Assembly: GCA_964016885.1 (NCBI GenBank)
Contig: OZ024742.1
Span: forward strand, 294,996,001 to 295,060,000
DNA: 64,000 nucleotides
Direction: 5' to 3'
Source of the DNA: Eledone cirrhosa
Taxonomy: Eukaryota
The notes beneath the pieces are model-generated. The model worked only from the letters and a program-made list of their open reading frames with translations, searched no databases and was not told the origin of the DNA. Each line of letters starts with the position of its first letter. The first letter of the stretch is position 1. Positions 12,725 through 23,257 of this stretch are shown here, piece after piece. Made by a program: the position numbers and the translations under genes.

Positions 12725-13669
12725 TCTATATATATATAACTGTTGTCTGTGTGTATGTGTGTGTCCTCATTTTTGCAAAGTCTATACAAATCCACATTTC
12801 TACTCCGATTGACTTCAAACTTGCATTTATATATTCCTTGCGGTCTAAAGATATTAACTGCAGCTTTTATTTTTCAATTTTCTGTTGTTCAAGGGGTGTT
12901 AGGCGCCGGTTATCCATCTCCGTCGCGCTCTTATAATATCTGTCTGTATACCTGGCTGTCCGCATTACGACATTCTGACGAACATTGATGACATATTATG
13001 TTCGCTATTATCCGTTCATTGCCAGGGAACGTCTTCACGAACCAAAGTATCGTCTTCCTGTTTTCCTTCGGTTGCAACGTTTTTCGAAATATTTACTTCT
13101 GCGTTCGCAGATTGATGTTTTTAGTTTCAGAAGATCCCGTTAATGGTGAAAGCAACAATTCTTTTCTTAAACTTTAATCTGTTATTTTAATCTATAATAT
13201 ATATATATAAAACGGAGGAAGGATGTATGTATGTATGTATGTATGTATGTATGTATGTATGTATGTATGTATGTATGTATGTATGTATGTATGTATGTAT
13301 GTATGTATGTATGTATGTATGTATGTATGTGTGTGTGTGTGTGTGAAACCCGAGACGTACCCAACCGATTTTTTCAAACTTTACGTGTGTAATACTTATG
13401 TTTAAGGGTGTGTTATGAACATAAAATTCAACTTTATGCACATAAAATTCAACTTTATACATGATCCTTTATATATGATCCCCTAAGGCCCGCATTAGGT
13501 GAAAACCTGCATTTTTCCTGCTTCATCAAGGAAAATCTTAAAGATTATCCAGCCATCAGAGTATTCGGTTTATTTTCTTTACATATTGTCCAGGCATGCA
13601 GTCTTTCCACGATTAGGTCTGTTGGCGCCCCGCGTTCCAAAATACTGCAACGCCGGGTACCACTGCTAG
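12725..13669 (+). mobile_element. Non-autonomous Helitron with (TATG)n (copy at 25326-26266)
   Basis: A|TCTATATATATATAAC start, second TC-type start at 13191, end GCAACGCCGGGTACCACTGCTAG|T. Confidence 0.7.
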
Positions 13670-15920
13670 TATATTATATTACTTTCATTATATTATACCA
13701 TATCCTATTACATTATATATAATATTACACAATTATATCATATTATGCTGGATTGGCAGTATCGGTAGAGTATCAGACACCATGCTTTGCAACATAAAGT
13801 TATGGCCCTTTACGTTCTGAGTTCAAATCCTGCCAAGGTTAACTTTGCCTTGCACCGAGGTAATTGTTGGCCTTGGGCCAAAAGTAGAAATAATTATATA
13901 TCATATATTCTATTACAGTGCGTTACATTATTTTATATTATATTATATTATATTATATATCAAAGGGTGGTGGATTGGCAGTATCGGTAGAGGGTCGGAC
14001 GCCATGCTTTCCAGCATAGTTACGTCCCTTTATGATCTGAGTTCAAATCCCGCCGAGGTTGACTTTGCCTTTCATCCTTACGGGGTCGATAAAATAAAGT
14101 ACCAGTAATGCACTGGGTAATTTGCTGGCCTTGTGCCTAAAGTAGAAACAATTATATCATATCATTTTATTATATTATATTATATTTTATTACATCATAT
14201 TACATTATATTATATTATATTATATTGCGTTATTTTATGTTTTTATAATATATTACATTATATTATATTTTACTGCACGATGCATTTGTCACTCCCATGC
14301 AGATCTCCTTGGTGAACACAACGCCATCATCCAACACCGTGTGGAACTCATCTGCAATGTCAGTCCCAACAGCACCATCTGAAGATCCCAGCGAGGTTTG
14401 GTAGCCTCGGCCTCTGATCTGCTTTGGATCTGGCACTGCCAGCCTACCTTTCCTTAATCCCCTCCAGTTGCATCCTCATCAGCGACGTCTTAAGCAAAAT
14501 GGCCAACCTTGACGTGTCCCAATATACAAATGTCCAATGTAACTGGGACAACATCAAGTGCAGGTCTTCCTTCTGGTGGATTGAGTCTGGCTTGGACCAA
14601 CTCCACCTCGCCTGCCTCCGATCTGCTTTGAAGCCAAACAGCAGTGCATGGCTCAATTCAGTGCCCTCCTCATCAACCAGTACCTTTCTTGATGACGAGT
14701 GCACTCACATTGGGGTAGCCCAACATCTTGCCCTCTGCATATGTGAGCCACACAAAGGCCATTGTGTAGCTGTCGTTGCCCAGTTTTGCCTGCACCCACT
14801 GTCATGCTGCCAGAGTGCATGCCACTCTCAATGACATAGTGAGAAGGAGCCTAGATGTAGCTGGCTTCCCATCATAATCACAACTGAAGCTAGCAGGCCT
14901 CAACCGAGAAAATAGGAAGTTCTCTGATGGAATTACTCTCTTCCCATTCAAAGGAGGCAAATCATCTGGGACGCCACATGCTGTGACACGCTCTCCACCT
15001 CCAACTTAGTCACTTCAGCCACAAACCCTGCTACTGCGGCCCACAATGTAGAGGAAAGGAAGATAAACAAATATTGGGGCTTGTCCTGCTGCTTCCTCTT
15101 CGCAGTGGTCACTGTCGAAACCTCAAGTGTCTTCGGAACCTGTACTGCTGAGCTCCTCCACGATATCGGAACATCAGCAACCCATCTGGGGAAGAAGCCC
15201 TGTGAGGTGGGGTGGCTGTTGCAGCAGGTATCGCTGGCCACTGTTTATTGAAATGCAATTGCAGTTTTGTCTGCGGAGAGCAGCCAAAACACCGCCCTTC
15301 CCTAGGCATAGAGCCCACCACTCTTTCCCCTTATCTTCCGAGGCCCAAGAGTCCTTGCCCCCCCCCCCCCCCACACACCCCCTTTCCTCTCATTTATGGC
15401 ATTTATAGTCCTTTCCTCTACTTTCCCATACAGCCAGATCTGCCCTTATTTACACCTTCCGCCTCTTTTCATTACTTGATTTTCTTTTTTATTTTTACTT
15501 TTCCTATTTGCATAATTGTATAACCTTTTTTTGTAAAATATAGTTGACATAATAAAAATTATATTTTATTACATTATACTATATTATATTATATTATACT
15601 ACATTATATTATATAATATTGTATTATATTATATATCATATTACATTATATCATATTAAATTATATTATATTAAGGCGGTGAATTGGCATTATCGGTAGA
15701 GGGTCGGACGCCATGCTTTCCAGCATAGTTACGTCCCTTTACGATCTGAGTTCAAATCCCGCCGAGGTTGACTTTGCCTTTCATCCTTACGGGGTCGATA
15801 AAATAAAGTACCAGTAATATACTGGGTAATTGCTGGCCTTGTGCCTAACGTAGAAACAATTATATTATATTATGTTATATTGTACTATATTGTGCCAAAA
15901 GTAGAAACAATTATATTATA
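13670..15920 (+). repeat. (ATATT)n-like tracts containing three family A SINEs at ~13746-13895, 13963-14155, 15673-15862 (copy at 26267-28517)
   Basis: Direct match to the family A sequence; pentamer tracts between the copies. Confidence 0.8.
14280..15270 (+). mobile_element. Degenerate CRE-like non-LTR retrotransposon 3' part (copy at 26877-27867)
   Basis: G(S)LGL..DLALPAYLS..SAWLNSVPSSS..Cys/His knuckle, then SDGITLFP..IWDATCCDT..KY..VETSSVFG..LQQVSLA: restriction-like endonuclease C-terminus; many disruptions. Confidence 0.65.
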
Positions 15921-16309
15921 CTACATGGCTGCTCACTTGTTGATTGGTCTTTTACATTTACTAATATAAAATCAATGTAGAATGTAGGAAATATTGCATC
16001 AACATTGCCTAAATAGTGTTGGCATAAAGTTTTAAAATATGACTTGGAGGATTACACCTGTTAGTGCAATTGAGCTAAACACTCTTTCCCTTTAGAAATC
16101 ATCTATGTTGTGCCATGACTATAATCATGAAGAATCATTAATAGTGTTCTTTTCTGCAGAAATGGAGAATCATTGATTGATGGTTATTTAATATCTTGTA
16201 TTCGAATTTCAAACAAGGTGATGCATTTTTTCTTTAAAAACACACTTCATTTATGCTGCTCCAGTCATCACAGTGAAAACTTAGTACCACCAGCTGCTGT
16301 GGTTCTTGA

Positions 16310-16690
16310 TTGCTGAGATAGCAAACACCCCAACGAAATTACCCTCTTCCCTTTTGAAGTAGTTAAATCCCTCATCTGGGATGTCACATTCTGTGACACA
16401 TAATCTACATCCAACTTAGTTGCTTCAGCCACAAGCCCCAGTGCCAAAGCCTGAAATGTAGAGGAGAGGAAGACAAGCAAATACCAGGGATTGTCTGACC
16501 ACTTCCTCTTTGCACCAGTCGTCATTGAAACCTCAGATGTCCTCGGGCACTGTACAGTCAAGCTTCTCCATAGAATCAGAACAACAGTAGCCCATCTGAA
16601 GAAAGAACCCAGTGAGGTAGGGTGGCTTTTGCAGTGGGTGTCACTGGCCATTGTCCATAGAAATGCCTTTGCAATTTTGTCAATGTGATG
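16310..16690 (+). mobile_element. Second CRE-like 3' fragment (copy at 28907-29287)
   Basis: Homologous to 14920-15270: IWDVTFCDT..FAPVVIETSDVLG..LQWVSLAIVHRNA. Confidence 0.65.
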
Positions 16691-17280
16691 TCGTCAAAAC
16701 TCCGTTCTGACCTAGGTGTAGAGTCTGTCACCCTCTCCTTTTCTTCCTTTTTTCTTCTGATGCCTATTAGTCCTTGTTCTTTCCCCCTTTTCCCTCTCAT
16801 TTATGGCATTTATAGTCCCCTTTCCTTTAAATTCCTATATAGTCAGATCAGTCATTCTTTACCTCCTTCCATTTTGTTTTCATTACTCAATTTTGTTTCT
16901 ACTATCATTGTATACATTTTGTTCAATAAAGTCAATTTTATTAACTGCTAAAAAAAACCCTGCAATTGAGTGACTTCTCATCAAGGCAAGAATCTTGCAC
17001 TCTTAGTCACTTAACACTAATGAAACTGGCATAAACTCCAGCCTGGTGAACTTCTAAGCTGGCGATAAACCCTAAAATAAAATTGTTATGAATTATATTG
17101 AGTTTTAATTGATATCTTGAGATTAAAAAAATATATAACAGACCAATTATTTGTATTACAATAATCAAGTTAGAGATATGTGCCATGTCCTGAGAGAGAC
17201 ACATATTCACAGATTAACAAATATCTATCCACTAGTAATGTGGGGTTTAATGACATTGATGAACTTGACTCACATAAAAT

Positions 17281-17535
17281 TATAATAATAATAATAATAA
17301 TGAAATTATTGTGTAAAGTGCTCAGGTGCACTACAACTCGTCAATATAGTACATAGAATAATACACAAATGTCAGGGAAGTACATGTGTGTATGTGTTAG
17401 CTGTTCTGTTGGCGGATCTCGGGAAGCATGGAGGCCTTAAAGGATGCAGTGTCTCGACAGCTAACAACTGATGCAGGTAGTTTGTTCCATGCTTCAGCAA
17501 CTCTGAGTGTGAAAAAATGTTTCCGAAAGTCATGG
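17281..17535 (-). mobile_element. CR1-group LINE 3' fragment (copy at 29878-30132)
   Basis: Reverse complement of the CR1 C-terminus and 3' UTR, with (ATT)n tail. Confidence 0.8.
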
Positions 17536-18231
17536 GAACATAGAAACCAGTGTTGCTGGATAATTCATCTGTGTTGAGTATACAACAACACTTATAATTC
17601 AAACTAGTCATTATGGAAACAGAAGAAGATATTTACAAACATTTCTTGTCAAATAATTCAGGCGGATGTAGTTGTATGTTTGAAGTAGTTTTAGTTGAGT
17701 ATATAACTTCATTTTGCATCTTTATTATTGACTGTCAATATTATGTGACAAACAGAACATTTGGTCTTGGAAGGTTATCTCAGCAAGCTTGACTTCAAAA
17801 TGTCCTTCACCTCTGTCTGAATATGTAAATACTACTAGATAAAATTGTAGATAAATAACTTTTTTCTTAAAATATCATCTTTGTATTCCCAGATATGTGG
17901 ATATCCCAAATATATTGTATTAATGTAGTAGGTCAGCGAAGTCAACGATCTGTAATTTATTAGAAGACAGTGTTGGTTGGAGTAGAAGCCACTCAACAGA
18001 TATCCTGGTAGTGTGACCAATGATCTAAGAACAAAGGAGGAAATATTTTGTATACATCAACCTTCCCTATTGAAGGACTGATGAAAGTGATAATCATTTT
18101 GTTAGAGGACATATAAGAGTTAACCAGTGAGCTAATTCACATCCAGCCCTAAAGCTCATTGTAAGTATATGATTTTTTTATCTTCTACAGTGTCTTATTT
18201 CAGAAGAGTAATAGACATCTACTCAATAATC

Positions 18232-19700
18232 ACATCATCATCATCATCATCATCATCAGGTTTAGCGTCCGTGTTCCACGCTTGCATGGGTTTGGACGGG
18301 GGTTTTCCCACTTGAGGCAAGAGTGGTTGTCTTGCTCGCATAGGACTGTCTGGCGGGTTTTCTACAGCTGGATGCCCTTCCTAACACCAACCACATTTAC
18401 AGTGTGGGGCTGGGAGGTTTTTACCGTGTTGCCTACATGGCCACATTTACAGCGTGGACTGTGTGTTTTTTTGTCGTGACACCTACACGATCTCATTTGT
18501 TTCGGCCTGGATGTTGTGGGACCAACATAACTGTACATTGAAAGGGGCGGTGTGGATGGGGTGGAGGTGGTGGGACGGGGGGGTGTTTTGATAGAGATGC
18601 CTACTGACTGTAGTAGGTTTTTACTTTGTATTTAGGTAAGGCGGGTCTTCTCTATTACTGAGTACCGCCAAAGGTCTCGGTCCAGTGACATTGTCTTGGA
18701 GAGGTGTAAGCGTGTGAGGTCGGAATTTATCAGCTCGTCCCATGTTTTTCTGGGTCTGCCTACTCCGTGGCTACCGTCTATCTTTATTGCCCTGCACTTT
18801 GTTATACAGCTGTCGTCTTTCATGCGCATCACGTGACCGTACCAACGTAGCCTTCTCTCGAGTAAACAACATCTGATCCCTCTTATTTCTAATTTTTTCC
18901 TTAGTTCGTTTATGCTTTGCCGTTCACGTATATTACTATTGCACATCCAGCGGAGCATGCAAGCTTCGTTCCTCTCTAGTCTGCGTATATCCTCTGCACA
19001 CAATGCCCAGGTCTCACTGCCATGCAGCATTGCTGTTCGTATGCAGGCATCGTATAACCTGCCTTTCATTTTTAGGCAGAACCCTCTAGCGGCTAATAGT
19101 GGTATAAGCTCTCTGAACTTTTTCCATCCAGTTCTGATTCTAGCTACTGTACTTTTAGAGCACCCTCCCCCACTGCTGATTTTGTCACCCAGGTAACGGA
19201 AGCTGTCCACTATTTCTATAGAACCCTCTGCGCAGTTGAAGGAGCTAGTATTTTGTGGGCACTTGCTGCTACTTATTGCACCAGAGCACCGGCCACATGT
19301 AAAATCTATGTTCTTAGTTAGCTTACCTGTGATCCCACTACATCTTTTATGCACCCATACTTTGCATTTGGGACATAAAATGGAGTTTCTACCTACGCCT
19401 TTCCTACACACTGAGCATGGCCATTTCCCCGATGGGACTGCCGCCATATTTTCTTTCCTACAAACTAGAACTTTTGTCTTAGCCAGGTTAATTTTAAGGC
19501 CTTTTGATTCTAGGCCGTGCTTCCATGTTTGGAATTTCTTCTCTAGTTCGGTCATTGATTCAGCTATGAGCGTTAGATCATCTGCGTATAGGAGTTCCCA
19601 TGGGCAGCCGGTCTTGAACTCCTCTGTTATAGCCTGAAGGGCAATAATAAATAGTAGGGGGCTAAGAACAGAGCCCTGATGGACGCCAACTTTTACGCTA
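18232..19700 (-). mobile_element. RTE LINE, 5'-truncated (copy at 30829-32297)
   Basis: ORF 18632-19705: GVHQGSVLSPLLF, LYADD, Cys-rich PHD-like insert, GSETW, RRLRWYGHV, GRPRKTW; (GAT)n tail. Confidence 0.92.
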
Positions 19701-19744
19701 AACATATGATTATATATAAATATAAATTCATGAACAGGATTGAC

Positions 19745-20460
19745 ATGTGCAGTTGAGTTGTCAGCGGTATGACTGGTGGGTATAGGATAAATCGGATGAA
19801 ATTTGCATATGACATGGTACTACTTAATTCATCAGAAGGTGATCTACGACATGCACATGCCAAGTGCTGCATGGTTAGAATGAAAATCAGTGCTGCAAAG
19901 ACTGAGACACTCATCTGCTCAAGGAAGCTTATGCAGTGCACTCTACATGTGAATGGAGTTCCACTGATGCAGGTGAAGAAGTTCAAATATCTCAGGACCA
20001 TGCTGACAAGTATTGGAAGGCAAGAAGTTGCAGAAGCTGGTGCAGTAATTCACCAGTTTCAGCATTCAGTAATCAAAAGAAGGGAGGTAAATGTAAAAGC
20101 CAAACTCGCTCTCTTTAAATCAGTATTCGTGCAAATCCTTACCTATGATCATGTACCTTGAGTAATTACTGAAAGAATATGATCACGAATTCAAGTGACT
20201 GAAATAGGGTCCCTCCAAAGGGACTTTTGAATAACGTTACTCAATAGAGAGCGTAGCTCGGAGATTAGAGTGTCACTACAGGAAGAGCCACTTCTCTGAA
20301 TTGAGAGATCATAACTTCCGTATCACGGGCATGTGGATAGAATATCTCAGGAAAGATTCGTGGGACAGATTTCCAGGTCAAAACTAATGGGCAGGAGACC
20401 CAGGTATAGACCCCAAGTAAGATGGTTTGTTTAACTTGGGGATCGAGCTGTATCAATGGA
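19745..20460 (+). mobile_element. Degenerate RTE-group LINE fragment (copy at 32342-33057)
   Basis: FAYDMVLL (decayed FADD), MKISAAKTE, QVKKFKYL, KLALFKSVFVQILTY. Confidence 0.7.
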
Positions 20461-21031
20461 GAGAGTTGCTTCTGACTGGACCTGCTGGCAGGAGTATTTA
20501 CGGAATCTACCACCATAACCCTTCCAAGAATATGTGGGAAGAGGAGGAAGAGAAGACAAAGAAGCAGGAGAAGGTGACTATTGCTCATTGTTCTCAACAG
20601 CAATGCTTTAGACATATTTTTGGCTGTGTGCAACTGAAATATATTATCCAACCAAAAGTCTGGTGTTTTCCCTTCTTCATTTCTTCACATATTCTTTTAC
20701 TTTCTTTCATCCTTACGGGGTCGATAAAATAAAGTACCAGTAATGTACTGAGTATTTGCTGGCCTTGTGCCAAAAGTAGAAACAATTATATTATAAACAA
20801 ATAAAATACTGTGATACTGTCTAGCTAACGTTGATTAAAACATTTCGATTTATGATATGACAGAAAGAAAAACATTAAAAAAAGAAAAGAAGTATAAAAA
20901 AGCAATATGATCCACTTTTAAGTTAAAATTCTCCCTTTCAAATAATTGTATAGTAATGATACTAGAATATATCTTCATTGCTTTATGTATTCTATATTTA
21001 TTTTATTTGCAGATAACAAAATACAGTTGCC

Positions 21032-23257
21032 ATGCAGATTAATACAACAACAGCCAGTTCTCTTATCTCTCTTATATTTACACTGATGTTACTAAATATA
21101 GATGCAAAAAAACTTGAAAATTGTAGTCTTGAAATTTCTCCCAATGTCACTAAAATGTTATCAGATTTAGTAAATCAAGGAAAACAGGTTTTTAATTTTG
21201 AAGTTCATTTATCTGATAAAAACCTTGATAGGCTTCTCAAACCTATACCAATGGATTATTTTGCAAATGCAAGACATTTCACGTGGATTCCAAATAAATC
21301 AGGCAGTTTAATGGCCTGTAAAAATTTATCCTATGACTTTGAAGTTTACACTTTTCATTTATTAGATGATTACATAGCTACTAAAAAGATTTACATTCTT
21401 ATAAGTTGTGGAAAAGAAAATATTCAGAGACATGATATAATATATTTGATTTTTGAGGAACTGAAGAAGATTGTATTTATTGATAAATCAAATATGGGAG
21501 AATCTGGACACATGTGTTTTCTTATAAATTTATCAGATGACTTCAAGAAGAAAAACCCTTCTGCATTCAAAACATATAGAAGACTTGGTATGAATCGAGA
21601 GATATTAAAAAAATATTGCTGTGAATTAAATAAAAATGAAAACTATGTTTATCACCCAAAATCTATATGTTCTGGAAATATTATTCAAAATAGTATGTTT
21701 TTGAATTATTCAAATATTGTTGGAGCAATTTTATGGGCTTTTTTACCATTGTTTATTACTTTTGTAACAAAGGCTAAATTACCTTTGAAATTTTATAAAT
21801 CTACCAAGGAAAAAGGTATTAATGGTGATTTTCAGTGTATCATTGAAAACAAATATCCATCTGAATTTGAATGGGTAAATGAAAATCATAATATTTACAG
21901 TTTCAATCAATTTCTAGCTTGGCTATTTTGTTTCCACCATTCTACTCTCTTTGCATCAAGACTTAGAAGATTCTTTGTTCTCATTTTTTCTCTTTCAGTA
22001 ATTTTCTTCGATCTTTTAATGCAATATTTTTTGTTGCATGATACATTAAAAATAATTTTACTTGATAAAATTCCATTAGGTTTTCGTTCCCTAATATTTG
22101 GAATTGAAGAGAGCTATAAAAGCACAGATGGCTTTTTGGGGGGACCTTTTGTTTGGTTCATCATCTACATATTTTGTAACTTTATTTTCTTTATCCTTCC
22201 CAGTTATTTGAGTGAGACTCTTGCTTATGGTACATTACATCAAAGACCCACTTGTACTTTTCTCATACAACCTATTGAATTCTTAGAGAAGTATGGTAAT
22301 TTAAATGTTTCTAAAGAAAATAACTATGATCAACTCTATGCAATAATGAAAGCTAATATTTTGACTGCTATAAATCCAAACTTCTGGCATTTAATCATTT
22401 CTACCTGGATTAAACGTATACATAACATATGGTCATATTACTATAAAAGAAATATTTTTTGTCAATATATAATACTTTGGTTCTTTATTGTAATTACAGT
22501 TATATTTGCTGTATTTTCTGTCTGTGAATTACTTCTATGTCTTGTCTATTATGGAATACCAATTGTTTATTTGATATTGACTTTACCATTAAGTTATTTC
22601 AAAGTTTATATTTTACCTTTATATATGAATCCTAAATGTATTTTTAAGATCACTGCTGTAATTTTAATATTGGTATCACTGCCATTATATATATCATGGT
22701 TTTTATATTCAATCTTCATATTTTTAGTAAGTTTTGAACTGTTGTGCAACTATATGTTTACAACAGCTATAGCAATACTTGTTAAACCTGATACTGTTGG
22801 TCACATATGGTTTGTGGCCATGTTTTTTGTCTATGGTATGGCGATTATAAATGCTATTGAGAAACAGTACCATTCAGTAATAGCTCAGTCTATAAAGTTA
22901 ACTAAAGATATATATCCAAATTTAGTTCAGTCAAAATATGGAGAAGAATTTATAGATGCCAAGTTATTAAAAACAATTATTAGCTCTCATTTTCCTTTGA
23001 GATATGAAATTGGTAAATCCATTCTGAAATTATTTCTAATTTTATCATTTTTATTTGCTTGTAATAATATAATAAATCAAAATGGTTTGAACTTATCAAC
23101 ATTTACAAAGATGACTCTTATATTAATGTCATCTTTTATACCAAAATTATTGACAATAATTAACACTAAATTTGGTTTTTCTATATCAATGTCAGATAAA
23201 ATTACTGAAACCATACATGAATATAAGGAAGAAAATATATCACTGGTCAGTTATTAA
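21032..23257 (+). CDS. Uncharacterised multi-pass membrane protein, 741 aa (copy 2)
   Basis: Identical to copy 1 except I40T, K98N, D121Y, F545L, Q569E. Confidence 0.85.
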   Translation: MQINTTTASSLISLIFTLMLLNIDAKKLENCSLEISPNVTKMLSDLVNQGKQVFNFEVHLSDKNLDRLLKPIPMDYFANARHFTWIPNKSGSLMACKNLSYDFEVYTFHLLDDYIATKKIYILISCGKENIQRHDIIYLIFEELKKIVFIDKSNMGESGHMCFLINLSDDFKKKNPSAFKTYRRLGMNREILKKYCCELNKNENYVYHPKSICSGNIIQNSMFLNYSNIVGAILWAFLPLFITFVTKAKLPLKFYKSTKEKGINGDFQCIIENKYPSEFEWVNENHNIYSFNQFLAWLFCFHHSTLFASRLRRFFVLIFSLSVIFFDLLMQYFLLHDTLKIILLDKIPLGFRSLIFGIEESYKSTDGFLGGPFVWFIIYIFCNFIFFILPSYLSETLAYGTLHQRPTCTFLIQPIEFLEKYGNLNVSKENNYDQLYAIMKANILTAINPNFWHLIISTWIKRIHNIWSYYYKRNIFCQYIILWFFIVITVIFAVFSVCELLLCLVYYGIPIVYLILTLPLSYFKVYILPLYMNPKCIFKITAVILILVSLPLYISWFLYSIFIFLVSFELLCNYMFTTAIAILVKPDTVGHIWFVAMFFVYGMAIINAIEKQYHSVIAQSIKLTKDIYPNLVQSKYGEEFIDAKLLKTIISSHFPLRYEIGKSILKLFLILSFLFACNNIINQNGLNLSTFTKMTLILMSSFIPKLLTIINTKFGFSISMSDKITETIHEYKEENISLVSY

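Noticed and set aside
13182-13462. HTYI-repeat ORFs
   Set aside because: Translations of the (TATG)n microsatellite.
8549-22736. Copy differences as A-to-I editing carried into the assembly
   Set aside because: The changes are T/C, A/T, G/T, T/A and C/G; none is A/G on the coding strand.
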